From the NCBI RefSeq assembly GCF_000015805.1, contig NC_009073.1, positions 120,001 to 152,000 on the forward strand: 32,000 bases of DNA. Direction: 5' to 3'. The position numbers were made by a program, and so were the translations under genes. The stretch's first letter is position 1. Each line of letters begins with the position of its first letter. Shown here piece after piece: positions 8,171 to 16,843 of this stretch. The notes under the pieces are model-generated. The model was not told the origin of the DNA, searched no databases, and saw only the letters and a program-made list of their open reading frames with translations. Origin of the DNA: Pyrobaculum calidifontis JCM 11548. Lineage in GTDB: Archaea; Thermoproteota; Thermoprotei; Thermoproteales; Thermoproteaceae.

Positions 8171-9856
8171 TTAAATAAGAGGCGCTAGGTCTCTTGCAAT
8201 AGATACTAGCCCTCTAAAGCCCATCAAGCTTATCAACTTCCATCTAACAGACCTCAGGAGTCTTCTACTTGGGTAAAGATCTATGGTGCTTCTGACAAAA
8301 GCGCCGTTACGTTGCATTTCCATCCTCTCTAGAGTCTCTTTAGCTTGATCCCATGAAATTACGCCGTTTTCTGCCTTAATTTTTACAAACTCTCTTGCTG
8401 TTTGGTATACGGCGTAGGCTATCTCGCTTCTACTAATGTGGTCAGACTCGTAGTTCAACATCTCAACCCAGTCTCTAGAGAATTCCAACAGCCTCCTATG
8501 CTCTTCAAGAGTCCTAGCCCTCAGCCTGTACCCGAAGGCGCGGGGGTTTTCAAAGGCCCTACTTCCAGGGTCTATGAAGGGGGCAAGCGGCGACACAAAG
8601 ACGTCTAGCCTATGCCTCTGAGGTCTTGGCAGTAGCCCGTAGAGTTTTCTAACGTAGTTCGGCATGGCAAGGACAGAGTCGAGGGTTTGGGCGGGTATGC
8701 CTACCATGAAGTAGAGATCTAGCCTGGCAAATCCGAGCGATAGAGTCCTTTTGATAAAGGTCTCCAGTGAGCTATTGTCGTATGGCCTGCCGAACTTCAA
8801 CCTCAGTAATTCGTCCTGCGTCTCAGGGGAAATCTGTAGATACACGCTGTCTGAGGCCTTTGAGAGAAGTTTCAAGACGTTGAGTGGGGGTGGGGTGAAG
8901 AATTCAAAAATTATTTCGCTGGAGAATCTCTCTCTTCTCAAACCCTCGACAAATTTTTCAATCCACTTAACGCCCAAGGGCTGGAGATCTCCAACTACGA
9001 ATATGGGCACTCTCAAGTACTGTTCTATGCTCTTTACCTCATTTACTAGAGTCTCAGGCTTCTTCACGCCTAGGTACGTCCTAGAGAAGTAACTAGCGTA
9101 TGCACAAAGGCTACCTCCACAAGTTGCGCAGTTTAAGATACAGCCCTTGTAGCTCAGCACTGCGCCTATAGGCTCTTTCAAAAATCCGGCGAAGGGAATT
9201 GCCGAGAGGGCGCCTCCTCTTGCGGCTATTTTGAGAACCTCGCCGTAGTCTACTGCGTATTCATCTAGGCTTTTAGGGACGAACTTAATCCCCGTGGTCT
9301 TCACGGCCTCTCTATCCCGCCAAGCTAAATTTGGAACTTCTTCCAGACCCCTCCTACTATCTAGCAGATGCTCTACTAACATCTTAAACGGTACTTCAAC
9401 CGTATCTCCAAGAACTACGTAGTCAATTTGTCTGTAACGTGATAGAACTTCCTCGTAGTATATCGTCGCGGAGAGGCCTCCGAAGACTACGGCCGAGTTT
9501 GGGTGGTACTTCTTCACCAGCTTAGCTACTTCAATAGCTCCGTGCGAGTGGACCAGCCAGTGGAGGTCTATTGCAAAAATCTCGGCCTCAATCCCCTTAA
9601 CCGCGCGTTCTACGTCAAAGTCTTTGTCCAATAACATCCTGGCGGCGAGGTTGACTATGCCAATCTTATACCCACTAGAACTCAAGTACGATGCCAGCGA
9701 GAAAAAACCTATTGGATACATGTCAAACACGGGAGTTGAGGGTATTACGTCGGCTATAGGCCCGTACACCTTCGCAGTTTTCCTAAAATCATAAACGCTG
9801 GGGGCGTGGAGAAACACAACGTCGAACTTAGGCACGAGATCTCTATTGGTTAGCAA
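8171..9856 (-). CDS. B12-binding-domain radical SAM protein (class B-like), substrate unknown
   Basis: 561 aa. The N-terminal region is cobalamin-binding-like (PIGFFSLASYL...VVFGGLSAT...VVLGDTVE). It is followed by CILNCATC, a CxxxCxxC radical SAM motif. The track start is TTG 9856. In-frame GTG 9835 fits the TATA spacing better. Confidence 0.8.
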   Translation of the reverse strand: MLTNRDLVPKFDVVFLHAPSVYDFRKTAKVYGPIADVIPSTPVFDMYPIGFFSLASYLSSSGYKIGIVNLAARMLLDKDFDVERAVKGIEAEIFAIDLHWLVHSHGAIEVAKLVKKYHPNSAVVFGGLSATIYYEEVLSRYRQIDYVVLGDTVEVPFKMLVEHLLDSRRGLEEVPNLAWRDREAVKTTGIKFVPKSLDEYAVDYGEVLKIAARGGALSAIPFAGFLKEPIGAVLSYKGCILNCATCGGSLCAYASYFSRTYLGVKKPETLVNEVKSIEQYLRVPIFVVGDLQPLGVKWIEKFVEGLRRERFSSEIIFEFFTPPPLNVLKLLSKASDSVYLQISPETQDELLRLKFGRPYDNSSLETFIKRTLSLGFARLDLYFMVGIPAQTLDSVLAMPNYVRKLYGLLPRPQRHRLDVFVSPLAPFIDPGSRAFENPRAFGYRLRARTLEEHRRLLEFSRDWVEMLNYESDHISRSEIAYAVYQTAREFVKIKAENGVISWDQAKETLERMEMQRNGAFVRSTIDLYPSRRLLRSVRWKLISLMGFRGLVSIARDLAPLI

Positions 9857-9866
9857 ATATTAATAC
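9857..9866 (-). promoter_or_regulatory. TATA-like box for the radical SAM gene
   Basis: Minus strand reads GTATTAATAT, centred about 26 nt upstream of GTG 9835. Confidence 0.4.
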
Positions 9867-9974
9867 TTTGTATAGAGCGCAGAGTCGCCTCCGTGGTTGC
9901 CGACGTTAAACGCCACGTCTCGCGTTACGTGCGTAAAAAGAAGAAGGCAGAATGGGGGCTATATTTGCGTTAAG

Positions 9975-9983
9975 CTTATTTAC
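9975..9983 (+). promoter_or_regulatory. TATA-like box for hisC-hisG
   Basis: CTTATTTAC centred about 24 nt upstream of ATG 10003. Confidence 0.4.
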
Positions 9984-10002
9984 TGGGCGGCTTCTGTGCT
10001 TA

Positions 10003-11025
10003 ATGCGGCTTCCCTCACTGGACTTCGCCTACGACGAGCCGGACGTGGGATATGCCAAATACCGATTGCACTTCAACGAGAACCTCTTCCTCCCCGATGA
10101 ATACTACAGGGAAGTGGCGGCTGCGGCTGAGCCCTGGGAGCTTAGGTACTACACGGACCCGCTAAATAGGCGGCTGGCGTCCGTCATTGAGCGCTACTTC
10201 TCTCTGCCAGAGGGCTCGGTGGTGGTGACGGCGGGAGCCGACGACGGCCTCAGGCTGGCCATGTCGCTTGCCCTCCACGGGGGCTGGGGGCTGGCGGTGG
10301 TGGAGCCCACCTACGGCATGGCCAGGGTCGTGGCTAGGCAGGTGGGGCTGAGGCCCGTGGCAGTGCCCCTGGGGGCTGGCCTCTCGCTGGACGTCGACGC
10401 GGTAGTGAAGTCGAGCGCGTCGGCTGTGTATGTATGCTCGCCTAACAACCCCACGGCCCACGTGGTGAAGGAGCTCGAGGAGCTGGCGGCAAGATTCCAG
10501 GGCTTGGTCATATACGACGCTGCGTACGCCGAATTCGCCGGCTACTGGGCGCCGAAGCTCTACGAGTACGGCAACGTGGTGGAGGTGAGGACTTTCTCCA
10601 AGGCGTGGGGCCTCGCGGGGCTGAGGGTGGGCTACGTGGTAGCCGACAAGAGGATAGCCGATGTGCTGAGGTCTCTCTCCCTTCCGCACCCCATATCGGC
10701 TCTGTCGGCAAAGGTGGTGGAGCGGGCGCTGGAGAGGGGCCGGCGCTATGTGGAACAGTCCGTGGCGCAGGTGACCGAGGTGAGAGAGGCGGTGGCGCCG
10801 CGGATAAGGGCTGAGAAGTACGTGGGCCCCGTCAACTTCATTACTGTGCACGTGGCCAACGCGGAGGAGGTGGCCTCGGCGCTGGACGCCGCGGGATTTG
10901 TGGTTAGGACTCTGGGCGGCAAGCCCCTCTGCCGCTCGTGCATTAGATTTACCCTGGCGCCTATGCCAGTGATGGAGAAGTTCCTTAAAGCCCTAGAAGA
11001 AGCTTTAAATACCGGCCGTCAATAG
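10003..11025 (+). CDS. hisC: histidinol-phosphate aminotransferase
   Basis: Motifs: LHFNENLF, and the PLP-lysine region TFSKAWGLAGLRVGY. I place the start at ATG 10003. The track start 9952 adds 17 hydrophobic residues with no support. Confidence 0.85.
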   Translation: MRLPSLDFAYDEPDVGYAKYRLHFNENLFLPDEYYREVAAAAEPWELRYYTDPLNRRLASVIERYFSLPEGSVVVTAGADDGLRLAMSLALHGGWGLAVVEPTYGMARVVARQVGLRPVAVPLGAGLSLDVDAVVKSSASAVYVCSPNNPTAHVVKELEELAARFQGLVIYDAAYAEFAGYWAPKLYEYGNVVEVRTFSKAWGLAGLRVGYVVADKRIADVLRSLSLPHPISALSAKVVERALERGRRYVEQSVAQVTEVREAVAPRIRAEKYVGPVNFITVHVANAEEVASALDAAGFVVRTLGGKPLCRSCIRFTLAPMPVMEKFLKALEEALNTGRQ

Positions 11026-11043
11026 GCCGCATGGCCCGTCCCC

Positions 11044-11892
11044 ATGCTCTTGGCAATACCCTCTAAGGGCCGCCTCCTAGACCCCACGCTGAAGCTCCTA
11101 GAGGCCATCGGCATGAGGCTCTTGGCGTCTGACGAGAGAGCCCTAGTGGTGCCCACGAGCTGGCGCGATGTAAATGTGATAAGGGCGAGGCCTGAGGACA
11201 TCCCGTACATAGTGGAGTCGGGCAAGGTGTGGGCCGGGGTAACCGGCCACGACTACGTGGTGGAGTCCGGCGCCAGCGTCGTCGAGGCGCTGGAGCTGGG
11301 GTTTGGGAGGGGGAGGCTGGTGGTGGCGGTGCCCAAGTCCTCTGGGATAAAGACCGTGGACGAGCTGCCGCCGGGAACCCGCGTCGCCACCAAGTTCGTG
11401 AACATAGCCTACAACTACTTCGCCGAGTTGGGCAAGCGGGTTAGAGTGGTGAGAGTCACGGGCTCTGTGGAGATCCTCCCCCAGCTGGGCATTGCAGACG
11501 CCATACTCGACGTAATGGCCACGGGCACCACTCTCGAGGTCCACGGCCTCGTGCCCATAGCCACGGTGCTTGAAACCTCGGCGAGGCTAATAGTGCACCC
11601 AAGCTACGTCAACCACGAGCTCACAAAGAAGTTGACCACCTTCATCCAGGGGTACTACGCGGCGCAGGGGAAGAAGATGATATTCCTAAACGTACCAGCC
11701 TCGAGGCTGGAGAAGGTGCTGGCCGTGTTGCCGGCCATGGAGGCCCCCAGCGTGACGCCGCTGGCAAAGGGAGACGTGTACGAAGTCTTCAGCGTAGTCC
11801 CCGAAGACGAGCTACCCGACATAGTCATACGCCTAAAGGAGGCCGGGGCAAAGGACATAGTCGTCACGCCAATAGAGAAGCTGATCTCGTAG
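11044..11892 (+). CDS. hisG: ATP phosphoribosyltransferase, long form
   Basis: 282 aa. Motifs: MLLAIPSKGRL and DVMATGTTLE. A C-terminal regulatory domain is present. It lies 18 nt after hisC with no intervening TATA. Confidence 0.9.
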   Translation: MLLAIPSKGRLLDPTLKLLEAIGMRLLASDERALVVPTSWRDVNVIRARPEDIPYIVESGKVWAGVTGHDYVVESGASVVEALELGFGRGRLVVAVPKSSGIKTVDELPPGTRVATKFVNIAYNYFAELGKRVRVVRVTGSVEILPQLGIADAILDVMATGTTLEVHGLVPIATVLETSARLIVHPSYVNHELTKKLTTFIQGYYAAQGKKMIFLNVPASRLEKVLAVLPAMEAPSVTPLAKGDVYEVFSVVPEDELPDIVIRLKEAGAKDIVVTPIEKLIS

Positions 11893-12177
11893 CTACTTCA
11901 TCCTCCTCTCAAGCTCTTTACACACGTCCGCGAGCGCGAGTCCCTTGGCGGCTAGTAGGACGAGGAGGTGGTAGAGAAGGTCCGCCGCCTCTTGCACAAG
12001 CCTCTCCTCCCCCTCCGCCAAGGCGGCTACCGCCGTTTCCACGGCCTCCTCGCCCACTTTCCTAGCCACGTTGTGGAGGCCGGAGCTGTACAGGCGGTAG
12101 GTGTAGCTCTGGGGGTTGCCCTCCCTAATCCTCTGCCTAATGACCTCCTCCAGCCTTTCTAACACGTGGCAGCTCAT
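11893..12177 (-). CDS. hisE: phosphoribosyl-ATP pyrophosphatase
   Basis: 94 aa from ATG 12177. Motifs: SYTYRLYSSG...KVGEEAVE and ADLLYHLLVLL. The ATG overlaps the hisD stop (ATGA 12174-12177). The 152-aa track ORF is an N-terminal over-extension into hisD. Confidence 0.85.
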   Translation of the reverse strand: MSCHVLERLEEVIRQRIREGNPQSYTYRLYSSGLHNVARKVGEEAVETAVAALAEGEERLVQEAADLLYHLLVLLAAKGLALADVCKELERRMK

Positions 12178-13289
12178 ATTGCCTCGAAGTGGCGCTGGAA
12201 GCCCTCGTATTTGGCGAGCACCCTCGCCGCCTCGGCCAGCGCGGGGTCCACGGAGCCTACGGCCTCTGCCACGCCGATTGGCTTTAGGAAGTTGAGGGGG
12301 GTCACGGGGCCCCGCCACCTGGCCGTGCCGCCGGTCGGCAACACGTGGCATATGCCCGCCACGTAGTCCAAGTAGGGGCTCGGCGCGTTTATAGACACCG
12401 CGCCTACGTTTTTCACCATGAAGGCCAACTCCCGCCTCCCCCAGACCTCTAAATGCTCTGGGGCAATCTCGTCTACGACCCTCGCCGCCTCCTCCACGCC
12501 CGCCACCTTTTTGACGTGTAGTGGGCCCATGGAGGAGGTCTTCTCCCTCCTGTAGATCTCCTCAACAGCCCTCAGGAGCTCCTCGTCGGGGGAGAGGACA
12601 TGGGCGAAGGAGGTGGGGCCGTGCTCCAACTGCGCCATGGCGCCCTTGGCTGCCACCTCGGGCGCGACACCCTCCGCGTACACCACGAGCTCCGTAGGCC
12701 CCTCAATCCCGTCAACCCCCACATACTGAGACAAGACGTATTTGCCCGCCTGGACGTAGAGGCCGCCGGGCCCCGCCACTACGTCTACGCCAATGTGAAA
12801 CACGGCGTAGGCCAAGCCGTGGGGGCCGCCTATCTGCAAAACGCCCTTTACCCCCAGCTCCTTGGCCACGGCGAGGAGCTCCTCTGTGACGCCCCTGGGA
12901 GGAGTCACCACGTAGATCTCCCTCACGCCGGCCAGCGAGGCGGGCACGGCCAGCATGACCAAGGTGGAGATGTACCGAGCTGGGACGTAGAGCGCCGCTT
13001 TGTCCACGGGCCGCCAAGACACAAGCCTCATGAAGCCGCCGTAGTAGTCCACGGCGTCCGGCGGAACAAGCCTCTTGTAGACCCGCCTAAGCGACTCAGC
13101 CGCCTCCAACGCCGCCTTTACGACGGCGGGGTCGCCCCCGGCCCTTGGCTCAACAATGGGCGCCGAGGGCTTGACTCCGTCGAACTGCTCCGAGTACCGC
13201 AACGCCGCCTCTAAGCCGCGCTCAGCCACGTCGTCGACGACGGCCTCCACGCCCTTCACCACGTCCCTTGGCAACCCGCCTCGCCTCAT
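12174..13289 (-). CDS. hisD: histidinol dehydrogenase (compact form)
   Basis: 371 aa. Motifs: [31 protein letters not shown], and a C-terminal EGFQRHFEA. Confidence 0.88.
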   Translation of the reverse strand: MRRGGLPRDVVKGVEAVVDDVAERGLEAALRYSEQFDGVKPSAPIVEPRAGGDPAVVKAALEAAESLRRVYKRLVPPDAVDYYGGFMRLVSWRPVDKAALYVPARYISTLVMLAVPASLAGVREIYVVTPPRGVTEELLAVAKELGVKGVLQIGGPHGLAYAVFHIGVDVVAGPGGLYVQAGKYVLSQYVGVDGIEGPTELVVYAEGVAPEVAAKGAMAQLEHGPTSFAHVLSPDEELLRAVEEIYRREKTSSMGPLHVKKVAGVEEAARVVDEIAPEHLEVWGRRELAFMVKNVGAVSINAPSPYLDYVAGICHVLPTGGTARWRGPVTPLNFLKPIGVAEAVGSVDPALAEAARVLAKYEGFQRHFEAI

Positions 13290-14044
13290 AGCCGCACCTC
13301 CACGCCCCGCTCCCTCAAATAGCGCTTGACGTCCCCCACGGTGAGCTTTCTAAAGTGGAAGAGGCTGGCCGCCAACACCGCGTCGGCCCCAGCCTTGACC
13401 GCCTCGTAGAAGTGCTCCAGCTCCCCCGCCCCTCCCGAGGCTATTACGGGGACACGGACGGCCGAGGCCACGGCGCGTATGAGCTCCACGTCATAGCCCA
13501 GCTTAGTGCCGTCGCGGTCGATGGACGTGAGGAGGATCTCCCCAGCCCCCAGCTCCTCCACCCTCCTAGCCCACGCAACTGCGTCTAGGCCAGTGGGCGT
13601 CCTTCCCCCGTTTATAAACACCTCAAAGCCCCCGCCCACCCGCTTTGCGTCAATGGCCACCACCACGGACTGAGAGCCGTACTCCCTAGCCAGCTCTTCC
13701 ACAAGGCCAGGGCTCTTAACCGCCGCAGTGTTTACAGAGACCTTGTCCGCCCCCGCCTTGAAAAGAGCGTCTGCGTCCTTAAGCCCCCTGACGCCGCCCC
13801 CCACGGCCACCGGTATAGACACCGAGGTGGCCACCCTCCTAACAGCCTCCACAAAGGTCCCCCGCCCCTCCGGCGTGGCTGTGATGTCGAGTACCACAAG
13901 CTCGTCGGCCCCCTCCTCCTCATACCTCACCGCCAGCTCCACGGGATCCCCCACCTCCCTTACCCCGAGGAAGTTGACCCCCTTCACCACTACGCCAGCC
14001 TTTCCATCCATGTCCAAGCAAGGTATCACCCGCACAGCAGGCAT
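13286..14044 (-). CDS. hisF: imidazole glycerol phosphate synthase, cyclase subunit
   Basis: 252 aa from ATG 14044. Motifs: [40 protein letters not shown] and IASGGAG. The stop overlaps the hisD ATG (ATGA 13286-13289). The track start 14113 is an over-extension. Confidence 0.9.
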   Translation of the reverse strand: MPAVRVIPCLDMDGKAGVVVKGVNFLGVREVGDPVELAVRYEEEGADELVVLDITATPEGRGTFVEAVRRVATSVSIPVAVGGGVRGLKDADALFKAGADKVSVNTAAVKSPGLVEELAREYGSQSVVVAIDAKRVGGGFEVFINGGRTPTGLDAVAWARRVEELGAGEILLTSIDRDGTKLGYDVELIRAVASAVRVPVIASGGAGELEHFYEAVKAGADAVLAASLFHFRKLTVGDVKRYLRERGVEVRL

Positions 14045-14061
14045 ACGGGAAAAACCTCGTG

Positions 14062-14074
14062 TATATAAAATAAA
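14062..14074. promoter_or_regulatory. AT-rich TATA element between divergent hisF and the orphan gene
   Basis: TATATAAAATAAA. The minus-strand reading is centred about 22 nt upstream of hisF ATG 14044. It could also serve the plus-strand gene. Confidence 0.45.
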
Positions 14075-14122
14075 GCCGTGCCCAACGGAAAAACATCTAA
14101 ACGACATCCTCATTATCCCATT

Positions 14123-15562
14123 ATGCAGAGGAGAGTACTATATGGAGTTGCCATCGGCGTGGTTGCCTTGTTGCTCGCATACGTGGCGGCGACTGTCAGC
14201 ATGCCCGTGTGGATAAGCGTGGAGGTAAAGGAGGAGGCGCCCCTTAAGTACAGAGTCTACATTAAGCCGCTCTACCGCGCCTACTTCGACAAGCCGGGTC
14301 CGCCATACATAGTAGTCGTACTAGACAATATGCGAAGGATTGGTGTGCCCCCCATGGGGAACGTGCAAGTGTGGGCCAAGGGGCCCAACGTGGGTAAGTA
14401 CGAGATCAGGGACTTCGAGGCCAGAGGCAACGTGATCCGCATACCAGTAAACGGCGACTTTAGAAAGGCCCTAGACGACTGGCTAAACAGCAACGCCACA
14501 GACATAGAAGTCCCAATACAAATCGACATATGGTACGGCGACACCCACATAGGCTTCGCCGCGGCTCACTACGTGCCAAGAGAGGTAGGCAATATGGAAC
14601 GTGGGGAATACGTCATAAAAGCCGCCGTCTACATCATAGAAAAGCCGATTAAAAAGGTCAACAACACAGCGGCGCGACTCGCCCCTGGCCTAGACTGCAA
14701 CTACGAGTGGCGGTATAACACAACGCTAATTGACACGCGGCGCATTACCTTGTTCCTGCTCTATAACCAGTACAACTACTCGGGCCTAGTGTCCGTCTTA
14801 GGCTTTATAACTCATGTAAGTAGCGTCAACATAGATTTCACAGTGCTCCTCGGACATGAAATTGGCAACTTAGATATAGCAGTCAGAGAGCTGGCCGCAA
14901 TAGAATACGACATTAAAAGCAACGACTTCCAAGTTGCATTTGGTGCTGATGTTACGCCAGAGGGGTGGTATACTGCATTTTTGCCCGGCCGATTAGCGGT
15001 CTATAAATACGACGAATACTACGTGTGTCATGACGGAGACAGAGTGGTGAGTACAGTCCGCACCGGGAACATTAAGATTCAGACAGATGTGCTGTACCTG
15101 CCGCAGGGCGCCGTCAGCACAATCGACGACCACACGCCGCAAAAGGAGTTGCTAGATACATTGAGCTCCAACGCTAACGTAACCGTCATTAGAACCTACA
15201 GACTAGATCCAGGCAGAGACCTATACCTCGAAAGGGAATTGTTTGCGCTCTACTCATCGAGGGGTAAGAAGGACATCAAAGTAGGCGCCCCCTTAGGTGC
15301 CGTTGAGTTACTACGGGCGGCCACCAAAGGCGCAGGGAGTAACCCCGCACTACTCATTATACTAATCTCCTTTGAGGTAGAAGATGCGGGTCGATGGTGG
15401 CGCGGGCCGGCGCTAACAATTTTCAACAAAGGTGACATCTATGGTCCGACGTATAGCGTGCCTGAGTTCATTGACGTTTACGGCGTAAGAGTAAAGATCA
15501 TTGCAAGAGATGGGAGTAGCCGCCAGCAGTACCTCCCTCTTGCTGTAGTTGTGGCGAGGTAG
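14123..15562 (+). CDS. hypothetical membrane-anchored or secreted protein, no recognisable family
   Basis: 479 aa from ATG 14123 (the track start is GTG 14078). It has one N-terminal hydrophobic helix, [21 protein letters not shown]. At least 5 N-x-S/T sequons are present (NAT, NNT, NTT, NYS, NVT). GC is lower than in the flanking his genes. Confidence 0.6.
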   Translation: MQRRVLYGVAIGVVALLLAYVAATVSMPVWISVEVKEEAPLKYRVYIKPLYRAYFDKPGPPYIVVVLDNMRRIGVPPMGNVQVWAKGPNVGKYEIRDFEARGNVIRIPVNGDFRKALDDWLNSNATDIEVPIQIDIWYGDTHIGFAAAHYVPREVGNMERGEYVIKAAVYIIEKPIKKVNNTAARLAPGLDCNYEWRYNTTLIDTRRITLFLLYNQYNYSGLVSVLGFITHVSSVNIDFTVLLGHEIGNLDIAVRELAAIEYDIKSNDFQVAFGADVTPEGWYTAFLPGRLAVYKYDEYYVCHDGDRVVSTVRTGNIKIQTDVLYLPQGAVSTIDDHTPQKELLDTLSSNANVTVIRTYRLDPGRDLYLERELFALYSSRGKKDIKVGAPLGAVELLRAATKGAGSNPALLIILISFEVEDAGRWWRGPALTIFNKGDIYGPTYSVPEFIDVYGVRVKIIARDGSSRQQYLPLAVVVAR

Positions 15563-15570
15563 ATCAACGC

Positions 15571-15577
15571 ATATAAA
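15571..15577 (+). promoter_or_regulatory. TATA box for hisB-hisA
   Basis: ATATAAA centred about 23 nt upstream of GTG 15597. Confidence 0.5.
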
Positions 15578-15596
15578 CCCTTTCTCTGGGGCTTTA

Positions 15597-16160
15597 GTGT
15601 CCTACCGCAGGGAGACTAGGGAGACACTTGTGGTAGTGGAGCTTGTCCCCGGCGCCGTAGCGCAGGTGGAGACGCCGATCCCCTTCCTCACGCACATGGT
15701 AGAGACCTTCCTCTTCTACGCCGGGCTGGGTGGCCGGGTGTATGCGGAGGAGAAGAGGCGGCTAGACGACGGGCACCACGTCATCGAGGACGTGGCGATT
15801 GCGCTGGGCAGAGCGTTAGACCAGCTAATCGGCGACAGGTCGGCGGTGGCTAGGTACGGGTGGGCGGCAGTGCCCATGGACGACGCCTTTGCGCTCGCGG
15901 CAGTGGACCTAGGCGGCAGGCCCTACTGGGTCGTGAAAGCCAAGCTCCCCAACGTAGCGATTGGCGGCTATCCCCTCCCCATGTTCCCCCACTGGGTGAG
16001 GAGCCTCGCCTCGGAGGCCCGCGCCACCATCCACATATACGCCAGAGGCCGCGACCCCCACCACAAGGTAGAGGCTGCGCACAAGGCCCTCGGCCTAGCC
16101 CTACGCGCCGCCGTGTCCCCCGCAAGCGGAGTCCAGAGCACCAAGGGCGTTTTGAAATGA
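15597..16160 (+). CDS. hisB: imidazoleglycerol-phosphate dehydratase
   Basis: 187 aa from GTG 15597. Motifs: YRRETRET, DGHHVIEDVAIALG and GRDPHHKVEAAHKALG. The track's TTG 15549 start lies inside the upstream gene. Confidence 0.9.
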   Translation: MSYRRETRETLVVVELVPGAVAQVETPIPFLTHMVETFLFYAGLGGRVYAEEKRRLDDGHHVIEDVAIALGRALDQLIGDRSAVARYGWAAVPMDDAFALAAVDLGGRPYWVVKAKLPNVAIGGYPLPMFPHWVRSLASEARATIHIYARGRDPHHKVEAAHKALGLALRAAVSPASGVQSTKGVLK

Positions 16161-16843
16161 TTATCCCCTCCATAGACATAGAGGGGGGCAGGGCCGTCAA
16201 GCGGGTCCAGGGGAGGAGGGGGGAGTACGTCTTCGTGGGAGACCCCCTGGAGCTCGCGTCGAGGCTCTCCAAGGCGCCCCTCGTCCACGTGGTTGACTTA
16301 GACGGGGCAGAGGCGGGGCGCCCAGTCAACGTGGGGACGATCGAGGCAGTGGCCAAGGCCCTCGGGGGGCGTTGCCAAGTGGGCGGCGGGCTGAGAGACG
16401 AGGCGTCCATCGGCTGGGCGCTGGGCACCTGCAAATACGCCGTGGTGGGCACCCTCCCCTTCAAAAACCCCGCCCTCTTCCAGCGCATCGCCGACTTGTA
16501 TCGAAGCCGCCTCGTTGCCTCCCTCGACTACCGCAGAGGTGTGGTGTTGGTAGACGGCTGGAGGTCTGAAGGGGCTCCCCTGGGCCAGGCGGTGGAGCAC
16601 TTAAAGCGTTTCGGCCCCCTCGGAGGCCTGGTGGTCACGGCAGTGGAGGTGGAGGGAACCGGGGCGGGGGTCGCCCTGGAGGTGGCCACATCGGTGTTGC
16701 GGGAGGTTGCTGAGAGGCTCTACTACGCTGGAGGGATTAAGGACTGTAGAGACGTTGAAAATGCGTTAAAAGCAGGCTTTGATGGAGTTATCGTTGGCTA
16801 CGCGCTGTACAGAGGAGATTTAAGGGAGTGTTTCCCCCTCTAG
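16157..16843 (+). CDS. hisA: ProFAR isomerase (1-(5-phosphoribosyl)-5-[(5-phosphoribosylamino)methylideneamino]imidazole-4-carboxamide isomerase)
   Basis: 228 aa from ATG 16157. Motifs: MIIPSIDIEGGRAV, HVVDLDGA, VGGGLR, YAGGI and GVIVGYALY. The ATG overlaps the hisB stop (ATGA). The 327-aa track ORF is an over-extension through hisB. Confidence 0.85.
   Translation: MIIPSIDIEGGRAVKRVQGRRGEYVFVGDPLELASRLSKAPLVHVVDLDGAEAGRPVNVGTIEAVAKALGGRCQVGGGLRDEASIGWALGTCKYAVVGTLPFKNPALFQRIADLYRSRLVASLDYRRGVVLVDGWRSEGAPLGQAVEHLKRFGPLGGLVVTAVEVEGTGAGVALEVATSVLREVAERLYYAGGIKDCRDVENALKAGFDGVIVGYALYRGDLRECFPL

Noticed and set aside
8055-8174. 39-aa plus-strand ORF (MSIGPKGVETRQHGCFNGV...) in the hisI-radical SAM spacer.
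   Set aside because: It has no promoter at the right distance and no motif, and it overlaps the palindromes that look like DNA-level signals.
10162-10851. Long antisense ORFs inside GC-rich genes. Examples: 229 aa opposite hisC; 12600..13214 opposite hisD; 15850..16488 opposite hisB/hisA; 17680..18387 opposite rtcB; 22789..23541, 23078..23632 and 23638..24147 around IPK/GGPPS; 29381..29845 and 29867..30361 opposite acs.
   Set aside because: Each lies opposite a gene with unambiguous family motifs. Their translations are Arg/Pro/Gly/His-rich low-complexity strings. High GC suppresses stop codons on the antisense strand, so these are expected artefacts.
11893-12351. Over-long N-terminal extensions in the track: hisE to 12351, hisF to 14113, hisA from 15860, ZPR1-like to 21792, GGPPS to 24228, hisB from 15549, and the small membrane protein from 21462.
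   Set aside because: The extensions overlap the upstream gene or run through the promoter. They are low-complexity, and an internal start codon sits at the canonical distance from a TATA box or forms an ATGA/GTGA coupling with the upstream stop.
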